From NCBI GenBank assembly GCA_022605425.2, contig JAKIMF020000013.1:496001-560000 (forward strand): a DNA stretch of 64,000 bases. Reading direction: 5' to 3'. Position 1 is the stretch's first letter. Each line of letters starts with the position of its first letter. The notes beneath the pieces are model-generated. The model searched no databases and was not told the DNA's origin. It was given only the letters and a program-made list of their open reading frames with translations. The translations under genes and the position numbers were made by a program. Shown here one piece after another: positions 23,560 through 34,173 of the stretch. This DNA is from Hamiltosporidium tvaerminnensis FI-OER-3-3. Taxonomy: Eukaryota; Fungi; Microsporidia.

Positions 23560-24290
23560 TTTCTTTAGGAAAGGTTCGTTTCCGCTGTATGTTTTGTGTT
23601 AAGAAAAATACCGAATATTGATTCGATGCAATTAAAAACTTCAAAATTAGAACTCATGGTATAATTTAAATTATTTTGGAATTTGCATTTGAACTGCCAT
23701 ATGATGTTATTAAAGCACATCATGTTTTTTCAGATGCAACTATAGCAGATTCTATTAAAGAATTGAGATTGCTAATACAAAATAATTGCTTGTATTCCTT
23801 TGAAAAAAATTGGTGAACCCGGAGAAATAGGGAAATGGATGAAAAGTTATAGGCAAGGAAAAGTATAATAGAGGTCGTCTCATTAGTCAAAAATGGTTTT
23901 TGGAGCTATTTCGAGAACGAAAAAAAGGTCCAATGTGCCAACTTGTTCCAAATAGACTTGGGTGGTTTTTAAAAAAGGCTGTATATAATTCTATCTATTT
24001 AGGAAGTACACTATATTCCGATGAATACCGTTCATACATATCAATATTAAGAGCAAATCAAGATTTCTCTTATAATAGTGTTACCATTCAACAAATTTTA
24101 TATCAAAATCTGGTTTTCATATTAACACAATCGAAAATTTATAGTAGAGATTCAAAAGGTTGAGTAAAACATAATTTAGCAAAAAGCTTAAGTTGAATGA
24201 TTACATTCACGAATACAGTTTTAGTAGAATCATCGATGTAAGGCAAGAAATACACTGTTTTTAAAATCATTGGAACTTTTTATTAAAAAA
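23560..24290 (+). mobile_element. Decayed Merlin / IS1595-IS1016 (ISXO2-like) DDE transposase
   Basis: Fragments across frames: EMDE, KYNRGRLISQKW, GSTLYSDEYRSY, SGFHINTIENL, matching the E.DE / RKYNRGR / SD.W..Y / H.NTIE signatures. Confidence 0.82.
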
Positions 24291-24674
24291 TTTGATATTA
24301 TTTTACATGATTTTTTGCATAAACTTAAATTCACAAAAGCTGGTCAAAATAAAAATCTTTAAACTCCTAAACAATTTTCATTATACTTCTGGCTTTCATC
24401 GAAAGCCAACCTGAAATTGTTCTAAAACTAAAATTTAACGAAATATTTGTGTAACAAATGCAATATTTTAGAAGAGTATATTTAAATTGTAAGATATCAG
24501 AGCAAAATTGAGGTTAATTGTATAGCTTTAATATATTTAAAAAATCCCTTATCAATTACGCTTTATCAATTATATGATTTACAATACAGTTTCTGGAGTT
24601 TATTATAAGGAATAATTCTGTAACTAGAAAAAAATTTTAGAAAATATTTCACAAATACTTATTTTGAAGATCTA

Positions 24675-25357
24675 ATTTTAATCGTGTAACATCATACTGA
24701 TGTTTTGCACATGTTTTATTGTTCTATAGCATTAGTATAGTTCTAAAGCTAACATAAATAACTGTTTCTTTAACTATATCGATACCTCAATTGTACCCAC
24801 ATCCCAAAGTCTTCTAAAAAAAATGTATAAAACCTAATTACTAGGTTATAAAGTTGCATGTAGCATGTATATATTTGTTACATGGATTGTGATCTTACGC
24901 AAATTCCACTTTGAGCTCCATCAAAACTATGCAAATTCTTAGATAGTCTACTTACTGTTTTTCTAATATACTTTATGTAAAGATATATCTCAGCGACTTA
25001 CATGAGGTCTACTTAGACAGTGCAAGTGAAACTCACATATATATCATGCTACCTGGCTTTCACAGCTTTAAAGATTATTAATTTTATTTATCTCGTGCCC
25101 TAAGTATTTTAATCCAAGATAATAGTTCGAAGTTTCATACTTTTAGGCAATTGCATATAATTTCAGCTGCAGTCTGCGATCTTGAAACATAAAAAACTAC
25201 AATTAAATCTGTAAAAAAAGGTTTCTTTATTTCGTAGACCCTTTTCTTCTAATACAGAGCCAAAAAATACCCGAAAATCTAAGCAATAATCTCACACCAA
25301 TTGTTTATATTCAATGCAAAGCGGATATTTTTTCACGTGGATATCTTCTTTCTACTT
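24675..25357 (-). mobile_element. Type-1 element, diverged copy F
   Basis: Reverse complement gives GTAGAAAGAAGATATCCACG head, GTAGTTTTTTATGT, TTGCACTGTCTAAGTAGACCTCATGTAAGTC, CCTAGTAATTAGG, CTTTGGGATGT and CAGTTATTTATGTTA in the same order as copy A. Confidence 0.85.
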
Positions 25358-25530
25358 CAACAGATGAATAATAAAATATATAACCGTAAAATTTCTAAAA
25401 AAATTGTATTCAATCATTTATTTTAATTAGTGCTTCCATCCATATTCAATTTTCTTTTAATTAAATTAAACGATTAAATTATTTTTTTTATCGATCTCAA
25501 ACAATATTTTAACAGAAATTTTAAACCCAG

Positions 25531-27918
25531 ATGTGTTTAAGAATATATTCAACACGAATTTTTGAAAACCTTGTTGCTTTAAAAAAATTTCTTTTGATAT
25601 TTATGTTTCCTATTTGCCTTTTGTTTCCGGCAAATTGCACAACGGTGAACTTTATTGTCATAAACGAAGAAAATCGAATTTTTAATTTTGATAATCGGCA
25701 TTTACAACTCGAAGAATGCATCCTTGAATACGATTCTCTAAATTCATTATATGAAGAAGACAAATTTAGTATTTTAAAAAATAATATTATATGTTTTAAA
25801 TCTATATCAGGACAACACAAATATTATAATCCGGAAATTGTAACAATACCATATAATAAAAATACGTTACTTAATTCAAATGTTTTAAAGAAAATTTACG
25901 AATCAAAACAAATAGATATTAGAATCATTTTGAAAGATATTACTTATCGATCTTTACAAATATTTCTTAAATCATTAGAATATGAAGATAGTATTGTCAA
26001 TAAATTTAAAATACAGGATTTTTTAGATATATTAACGATTATTTCTCTATTAGATATAGAAAATACAAAAGAAATAACATATTATATTAAAGAATTGTTT
26101 AGACATCTTATTTTCGAAATGATAAATTGTGATTTTGAAAAATATCGTGACAGTCTTAATTATAAAAAGATTAAGAAACCTATTCTTATCGATTTGTGGA
26201 TACTTTTTATGAATATTATAACATTCGCTGATAAAAACATGGTTAGGCAAGTTGTTTTATCAGATAATAGAAAATTGAGTTTGAAGAAAATAGAAATATT
26301 TTTATCTGCTCGAATTCAGTTCATGCCGAAGTTAAAATTCAAACTTTATCTAAGATTTAACACAAAAAGCATTGGAAATTTATACAAAATTTATAGAGTA
26401 GATTATTTAATGAGAACATTGCATTTTTTATTCAAGATAACAAATTTAGATATTTTGTACTTAATTTTTGGTGATGAAGAATCATATGCCAAATCAATCA
26501 AAATTTTTTCAAATATTTCAATTCATACAAAAAAACTTTACTTATATTTTTTCAAGGAACCAATAAATCTTTTCATAAATAAAAATGGTACTTTTTTCTC
26601 AAAAAGTTTCAATATATTGAAAATAAAATATAATTTTACATCCGAAGAAATGGAACCATTTTTGGTTTCTTGTAGTAAGTGCCAAAAAATCACTCTATTA
26701 TTGAAAAATTTAGATTCTAACACATTTGAATTATTGATAAAATTTGCCAGAAATAATCCAGATATTTTTTATAAAGTTTTTTATTGTACTTATATTTTAG
26801 AAAATATAACTTATGATCTTCTAAGATCAATTCCTAATAATATTATATTTTATGTTAATTATAACCAAACAAGTATGAAATATCAACAAATACCTCTTAT
26901 GTTCATGCCGTTTTTTAATAATTACGCTTTTTATTACAAACATAAAGAAGAATTAAGACTACCTACTGACTTTATATTTTTTGAATGTTCAAAAATAAAA
27001 GATATAAAACTAGATTATAAACTTAGCGATTCACCTTTTAAACTCGATGATACCGTATTTACATCATTAAGATACTTGAAAACAATCAAATGCCTTTCTT
27101 TAGAAAATATTGTTATCAGTAAAGAGTTGCTATTCTATATTTTGGAATCAAATACACTTATTCAGCTAATTATCAAAAAGTTTATTTGTAAAAAGTTAGA
27201 ATTCCTTTCGGACGATTATATACTCTACAATTTTGTTTTGAACCACATTCGCTTAGAAGATTCTCTATCTTTTATTGATTCAAACATTAGTATTTTTTTA
27301 AATAGGTTTAAAAAAGTGGTGGGTCTAATGTTTATAAATGCAGATATGTATTATAAATCTAGTTATTTATACATGGCTTATAGTTTTTTTGTGAAATTGC
27401 CAAAAAAACAAAATAATAAAACATATTTAAAACGTTTGGAGATCCAATCAGCTTCAAATAATAAAAATACACCAAATATTTTAAATTTTTTATCTGAGAT
27501 TTATATATTTACAAAGCTTAGCGTTATTTTATACAATGTCAATCAAATTACCGAGTTGGAATATCAGTTTTTTAGCAAAATGCCAGAACTTGAGGCTGTT
27601 TTTATCGAAATACGAAATCGAACAAATCTTTTGAACTTTCAAAAACTTTTCTCTAATTTGAAATTTAACAGGACAAAAATTATTCTTGATATTAATGTTG
27701 GAAAAATTCAAAAAGAGGACGTAAGAATATTTTCAAGATGTAAACATATAGCAAATATGTATCTATCATGTGACTCAATTGATTACGAAACTGTTGCAAG
27801 CCTTAAAAAAAATGACTTCAAAAATACTATTTTCAAACTTGTAAAACCTACCCGTGCCGAAAGATCCAATGAAATAAATAATTATCTTGATTCTGAATTT
27901 GAAATAAACTACCCGTGA
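25531..27918 (+). CDS. 795-aa putative secreted protein with BTB-like N-terminal region and degenerate LRRs (lineage-expanded family)
   Basis: Long intact ORF; CCCAG-ATG start; hydrophobic signal-like segment (FLLIFMFPICLLFPANC); LxxLxL-type motifs (LKTIKCLSLENI, LKRLEI, MPELEAVFI). Domain calls are by eye. Confidence 0.8.
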   Translation: MCLRIYSTRIFENLVALKKFLLIFMFPICLLFPANCTTVNFIVINEENRIFNFDNRHLQLEECILEYDSLNSLYEEDKFSILKNNIICFKSISGQHKYYNPEIVTIPYNKNTLLNSNVLKKIYESKQIDIRIILKDITYRSLQIFLKSLEYEDSIVNKFKIQDFLDILTIISLLDIENTKEITYYIKELFRHLIFEMINCDFEKYRDSLNYKKIKKPILIDLWILFMNIITFADKNMVRQVVLSDNRKLSLKKIEIFLSARIQFMPKLKFKLYLRFNTKSIGNLYKIYRVDYLMRTLHFLFKITNLDILYLIFGDEESYAKSIKIFSNISIHTKKLYLYFFKEPINLFINKNGTFFSKSFNILKIKYNFTSEEMEPFLVSCSKCQKITLLLKNLDSNTFELLIKFARNNPDIFYKVFYCTYILENITYDLLRSIPNNIIFYVNYNQTSMKYQQIPLMFMPFFNNYAFYYKHKEELRLPTDFIFFECSKIKDIKLDYKLSDSPFKLDDTVFTSLRYLKTIKCLSLENIVISKELLFYILESNTLIQLIIKKFICKKLEFLSDDYILYNFVLNHIRLEDSLSFIDSNISIFLNRFKKVVGLMFINADMYYKSSYLYMAYSFFVKLPKKQNNKTYLKRLEIQSASNNKNTPNILNFLSEIYIFTKLSVILYNVNQITELEYQFFSKMPELEAVFIEIRNRTNLLNFQKLFSNLKFNRTKIILDINVGKIQKEDVRIFSRCKHIANMYLSCDSIDYETVASLKKNDFKNTIFKLVKPTRAERSNEINNYLDSEFEINYP

Positions 27919-28009
27919 TCTATCAGAATGTATTTCCTTATCGAATATTTTAAATAAACAGCGAATATTTCTAATTATCTTATTTCTAAACAATTTTTTA
28001 AAAAATTCT

Positions 28010-29402
28010 GAGTTAAACCCATTTTTACATTTTATGAATTTCTCTACTCCTTTACCACCATCTTTTCTTCTTCTAAAATCAAACCTTCGTTTATGTTTAT
28101 TTTCGTTTCACGTCATCTGGTTCCTCCTTCTGAAAATGGGTTTTTTTTGTTTTGAACTTAAACACCATCTTCATCTCTACTCGAAAGTTTTAAGGGTGGT
28201 GTTGGTTCCTAAAACATCTCTGCTCACATAATGATGCTCTCTCCCAGCCCTTTTCGGCATTAGGTTCTGACTCAAGACCTCTTCGTCGCTCGATGAAAAT
28301 TGTTTCGACTGTCTTCTCAGTTCCTATCGACTGAATACATGCCTCTAAATTATGAGGTATTTCTAGCCTTTTTAAGTGTGACTTATTGTATTTTGTCACA
28401 ATTCTATTACAAGTCATTACATAATAAATTATATCAGCCCTACATTTATAAATCGAACCCAAGCCATAGGCTAGCAGGTCATACTTTTTTGGTTTTTCGA
28501 TTTCAGCTATTTGAAGCGAATCTTGGGAAGTGATTCCTTCTTCAATGAGTGTTATCTTATTCTTCTTATCTAAAATAAATATGTCGGGTCTGTTTTTCCG
28601 AATTTTAACATCAGTTTTTATTCTGGTGTCTACTCTTATCTCGGCATACTCATTATCAAAAATTTCTTGAATTGAGTGACTCCTAATTCGTTTTGAGGAC
28701 CTAAACTTATATCTATTTGGGTGAAGTAAGTGTATGCATCTTAACACTTCATTATGCCGTCTGGTGTAGTCATGACCTAGCATTTTTTCACATCGAGTTG
28801 CTAGATGATCCACAGTCTTACCAGACTTCCCGCAATGTTGACAGATCCCATCTGCTCTCCAGAATACATTTATATCCTGGATATAGCAGAACACAGCTTC
28901 TTTGCGTGATCTAATATTCCCTCTCTTTGGCCATCTAGAAGAGTCACTAACACTCACAAGCTCATTTTTCCTTGCATTATATAACTTTGAATGGAGTTTA
29001 CGTTTTTCAATATATAATCTTGTAAGTTTAGCTTCTTCTAAACTTTTCTTAGTGACTTTTTCTATCAACCTGTACTTTGCTTTTAAGAAGCCTTTTATTA
29101 GTGACTTCTTTTATCAACCTTACTTTACTTTTAAGAAGCCTTTTAGTAGTGCAAGATGGGTTTTATTATTATTCTTCACCTTGAGGATTGCTGCTCGTCT
29201 AGTTGATATTTCTTTACTTTTTTCCAGAAAATCCAAGAGTTGCATAAGCATATGTTCGCTTCGCAATTCAACACTATGTAGGCCTCTTTCAAGTTCTGTT
29301 CTAGGAAGATACAAACGTTCTTTACATTCTGTGCGAAGATGTATTTTATTCTTCACCAACACCGTACGCACTGCATCATCTAACTTAGAGAACTCAGCCG
29401 AC
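28010..29402 (-). mobile_element. 5'-truncated non-LTR retrotransposon (zinc knuckle + REL endonuclease end)
   Basis: CQHCGKSGKTVDHLATRC, RHNEV, RPDIFILD, K..KYD motifs; closely similar to 60280-61600; RT thumb remnant RLYLPR..RGL. Confidence 0.93.
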
Positions 29403-31718
29403 TAATACTACGCTAATATATACATATATATACTACACACTAGAAGTTTCGGAGAGGAAAAAAATAATGAACCAGAATGTGGATATTTATGCATTTCAAT
29501 CGGTTTTTAAATAAATTTCTAAGCTCTGAATTATAAAAAAAAATTGGGTTTTAGCTAAGAATAGGTTTGTATACAAGAAGTAAATTTGTTTTTATTTATA
29601 AAAATGGCTTCCTCTGACTAAAAAATTTTTTTGCACTTTCAAAGAACAACTAATTTTATTAAAAATGAATCGGAAAGAAAAAAACTCAAAATAGTAGATA
29701 TAAAGATATTTGTTGCTTTTTCTTTATCTTCATAACCATTAATATCCAAAATATCTAATATATAAAGATAAAGCATGATTCTGGTCATTAAAAAAGTAGC
29801 TTATAGTGGAAAACAAAAAAAATTAAGTTTTAAATTTAGTACATAAAAGATAGATTATTCAATTCATGAATATATGATTTCAAAATAAAGGTTTGGCACG
29901 CTGTCTTTGATCACAACGAACATATTATTTCTTGTATTAAAAACAACTAAACGAGTAGTATACTCTTACAACATAGAGATAGTTCAAATACAAAAATATT
30001 AAATGACTAATAGTGTATTAAGTTTTAAGTGTATAAATTCTATTTTCTGAATTGATTTTTATAAATAAAATTAAAAAAATCTGCAGTAAATTGCAATAAT
30101 AGAAAGACAAAACGATAATTTGATTTTTGAATTGTCATTAAAACGGCTTTTTTCTGTATATAATAAAAATATAGGTAAATATGACAAAATAATACATAAA
30201 AAAATAGTAAATATTTTTGCTATACCTAAATAGAAATGATAATAACAGCAAGGCTTTAAAAAGCTTTGAAGAAAATTATCTGTATATTTTAGATTGGAAT
30301 TATAGTGTTTTTAAAGCTGATTTTGGATCGGAGGAAAAACTTAAATGTATTTTTGAAAATCAAAAACCAACATTTAATATTGTAGAACACTTTTAAGTTA
30401 TTAAGTATTTAGCTTCTTGCATATAACCCTATCTTCGACACCAAAGATAAAAGAGAAATGAAATAAGTAGGCAAGTAATTTTATAACCCTAATATACATT
30501 CTAATGAGACTAATTGTTCTACAATATTTCTTCTTGGCGATCAATATATAATTATATTTTTATAACCGTATTTGGAGATATTTATTTCAATATTTCTCTA
30601 AATGCGTGCTTACCCTAAAATATAGCAATTACAGAAAAAAACGGAACAGAATATTTCATCAAAAACAAACATGGCATATATTTGAACATTAATTTATTAA
30701 AATTTCAACTTTATAGAAATAGAATATCTCTTATAAAATTTCTTTAAATAAATAAACAATAAAAAAAGGTAGAAAAATCAGTTTTTTAAACAAACAAAAT
30801 TATTTTTATTTATTGCTTTGATTTGAACATATTTCTTATCTGATAATAAGAGATAGAATTGTTATAAAATATTATAAATGCATCTTAAACGCTTCTAACT
30901 ATAATTAAAAATAGAGAAAATATTATTCGATAGTATTTAAAAATATTGTAAAAACCGTTTTCTGATTGTCAAAGAAAATTTACAGCCTATAAGAATTTCA
31001 GGGAACATGAAAAATAAAAGAGTAAACTCGCACAAACACTAAAAATTTCAAAAAAAGTATATTTTTTATTCTATATACCTGCCTAAGATAATTATACTAG
31101 AACCAAAACCAACTTTTTAAGTTAATAATTTGAGTTAGAAGTAACAATTCGTTCTTTAATGAAAGTAAAAATAGATGTTTTTGAACTAAAAATTGGCTTA
31201 CAGACAATAAATTAATCACGAGGTATATAATTACTTTGTAGTGAAAAAAAATATCTAATTGTTTTTTATCAATACATTTATTTCTAGAATTTTTTAATAT
31301 TTTTTTACGTTTTACTTTTTAAGTGATTTAAATTTAAAATATTTTTTTTTCCATTCTCACAAAAAAAATTAAAGAAAATCAAAATTAAAGAAAATCAAAA
31401 TTGAATAAAATCAAATTGAAGAAAACAAAAAAAAAATAAAAACGAACTTGAAGAAAATCAAATTGAATAAAATCAAATTAAAACAATGTACTTAGGATAT
31501 AATTCTAAAGCAAAAAAATATTAAATAAAATATATTGAAATCAACATTTATATAAAAATAGAAATAATTGTAATGGAAAATTAAATTTTTAATAAAATTA
31601 TTTTGTAATAAATTTCTATAAAAATACCAATTCTACATTTATTGTCACCAACAAATAAAACAAAAGTAATTTTAAAGACACATTTTTTTATAACCTAAAA
31701 AATGAGAGCCCTTAGTTA

Positions 31719-32699
31719 ATGGATTTAAACCAGATAATACAGGATGCTATAATTGAACCAAATAAAAATTATAAAAAAGAAAAAATAGAATTTGTTACCA
31801 TAAAACCCGATCTTCAAGCTATTTTAGACAAATACTTAACAAAAAAAGTAGAAAATCTTTCAGAATTACAAGATATTCAAAAAGTATTTGAATTATCATT
31901 TTTGGATTCACAATATATATCTAATAAAGAAAAAATTGTAGATTTTATAAATTTTCTAGATAAACTTAAATTCGAGTATTTACAATACAACATTGAATTA
32001 CCGTTTGATACCAAAGATTTAAAAGAAATGTGTTCTAAATCTTTAGATATACAAGAAATAGAAAAACAAATTGATGTTTATGAAGTCAGAATTGCTCTTT
32101 TGAGAGATAAATATGAGATATTAAAAAACAAATTGGAAAATATCTGTAATAAGATTATTAATATTTCTGAAATAAAAGAATATTTTTCAAATGACGAAAA
32201 ATACTTACAAAATCTTATTGACATAACAAAACTACATGATAATACAAAATTGATCTATGAATGTACAAATAGAAATACATATAATAACGAATCTATCAAT
32301 ACTATAAATAATAATGAATACACAACTAATTTCAATGGAAATCAAGAATATTTACAAAAATATTTCTCAAATCCTGAATGTATAAATATAGTTTTTAAAG
32401 ATATTAAAAATATTAATTTTATTAAAAAATATATTTTACTTCTAAAAAACAATCAATCATTTAAAAATTTACTAAGAAAATATGAAATTTTAAATTGCTT
32501 ACAAAATATAGAAGATTTTGATATGAAAGTAATTTTACTTGAACTTATAAGTAACAAAGAAATCAAAATAGAAGAATTGGTTAATAAGTATCAATTAGAT
32601 AAAATAGAAATTGTTAAAAAAATATATATTTTAGATTATAAAAAAATTGTTACTAAAGATACAAATAATAATGTAATAAAGTTGAATATTTCTTTTTAA
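31719..32699 (+). CDS. Uncharacterised coiled-coil protein with possible C-terminal winged helix
   Basis: 326-aa ATG ORF with CCC upstream and AATAAA downstream; central heptads; C-terminal helix-helix-hairpin pattern (weak). Confidence 0.75.
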   Translation: MDLNQIIQDAIIEPNKNYKKEKIEFVTIKPDLQAILDKYLTKKVENLSELQDIQKVFELSFLDSQYISNKEKIVDFINFLDKLKFEYLQYNIELPFDTKDLKEMCSKSLDIQEIEKQIDVYEVRIALLRDKYEILKNKLENICNKIINISEIKEYFSNDEKYLQNLIDITKLHDNTKLIYECTNRNTYNNESINTINNNEYTTNFNGNQEYLQKYFSNPECINIVFKDIKNINFIKKYILLLKNNQSFKNLLRKYEILNCLQNIEDFDMKVILLELISNKEIKIEELVNKYQLDKIEIVKKIYILDYKKIVTKDTNNNVIKLNISF

Positions 32700-32734
32700 A
32701 TAATTATATTTGACAAATAAAAATAAAAAAATTC

Positions 32735-33019
32735 TTATTTAAAAGTATTACATCTTTTTAAAATAGTGGCAAGTGTTATATCTGTTTTCATGACATTGAT
32801 TAATAGCTTTATTTAAAAGTATCACATCTTTTTAAAATAGTGGCAAGTGTTATATCTGTTTTCATGACATTGATTAATAACTTTATTTAAAAGTATCACA
32901 TCTTTTTAAAATAGTGGCAAGTGTTATATCTGTTTTCATGACATTGATTAATAACTTTATTTAAAAGTATCACATCTTTTTAAAATAGTGGCAAGTGTTA
33001 TATCTGTTTTCATGACATT
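32735..33019. repeat. 74-bp tandem repeat x4 (element 3' end plus ~10 nt of flank)
   Basis: AGTGGCAAGTG at 32765, 32839, 32913 and 32987. Confidence 0.95.
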
Positions 33020-33665
33020 AACTCAGTTCTAGGTTTAACATAAATGACTGCTACCCCAAAACTCCATCAGTAACCCCTGCAATACCTACATCTAAAGATT
33101 TTTACTTACGAAATCCGTGAAACGAATTTAATGAGCAGGGCGTTGCCCTGTGTACATTAGTGTCAGTTAGATAGAGTGCAATTAATTTTTAAACCCTTTC
33201 CGACCCTCTCCCGATACTATTCAGCATTTTCACTTACTTTAAACCTTCGAGCCGAATCGACTTAAACTCATATATCTCTTTGAATAAATAGATCTATCAA
33301 GACTTTTAAAACCCATATAATCAGGTATAACCTGTTACTAGCCCTCCTTGGCTATTTAAAAGGGGCATTTTTGGATCTCTTCACTGCTCCAATTTTTCAA
33401 CTCTAGTTACTCAGCCAAAATTTACATGACAATTACTTGCAATTTCAATTTTTTTTACAATCCAATTGCATAAGAAACCACAAACTAACTTATTAGAAAA
33501 TGATAAACCATTTTACAGTTCATATTTCTTGTACAAACTTCCGTAGAAAGCCTAAAAATATAGCGTGGTTTTCATACCACTCAAAAATCCAAACAATGAT
33601 CTTCACACCAATTTCACATACTCATTACCAATCAGATTATTTTATTGTAAAATATTTTCTTCATT
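32735..33665 (-). mobile_element. Type-1 element, copy D (divergent body, near-identical 3' end reiterated 4 times)
   Basis: 33015-33091 is almost the exact reverse complement of the A/B 3' region; CAGGTATAACCTG at ~33323; AAAAATCCAAACAATGA..CACACCAATTTCA at 33583-33616. Confidence 0.9.
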
Positions 33666-34173
33666 TTTTATTTGATAAAACATAAACCTAATTACTATTT
33701 ATAAATCTTTTTTACACTTTTCTTCTAAAAATATAAAGAATATCAAACATTAAACTATTATTTTATAATATATTTTACAATATTTTACTATTAGATAATA
33801 CAACTGATATTCTTTATTTCTCATATAAAAATAACTAATTAATAATGTATAGAACTATAAACACTTTTGGTTTAGTGAATCAAAATTTTTACAAAAATAC
33901 TAATATATTATAATAGTGATATATTACAAATACAAAAAATAGTACTGTTATATTACAAATACAAAAATGTTGTAAATTATAAATGTGATATATTACAAAA
34001 ACAATAATAAATTCTAATTAATACTAAATAATTAAGAAATATGGTATCCCGCAATACTTTCACAGTTCAAACTACAGTAATTTCAAATACCATAAACGAT
34101 AAATATTTAATGTCCCTTTCAAAAAAAAACATAATTTTACAAATCTTTTAATACAAAAAATAGGAACCCTTAT

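Noticed and set aside
23335-24350. Terminal inverted repeats for the Merlin relic
   Set aside because: Only GACC/GGTC plus AT-rich similarity; too weak to define ends.
31370-31480. AAAATCAAAATT-type repeats, and the pyrimidine tract at 35560-35860
   Set aside because: Ordinary low-complexity AT-skewed intergenic sequence.
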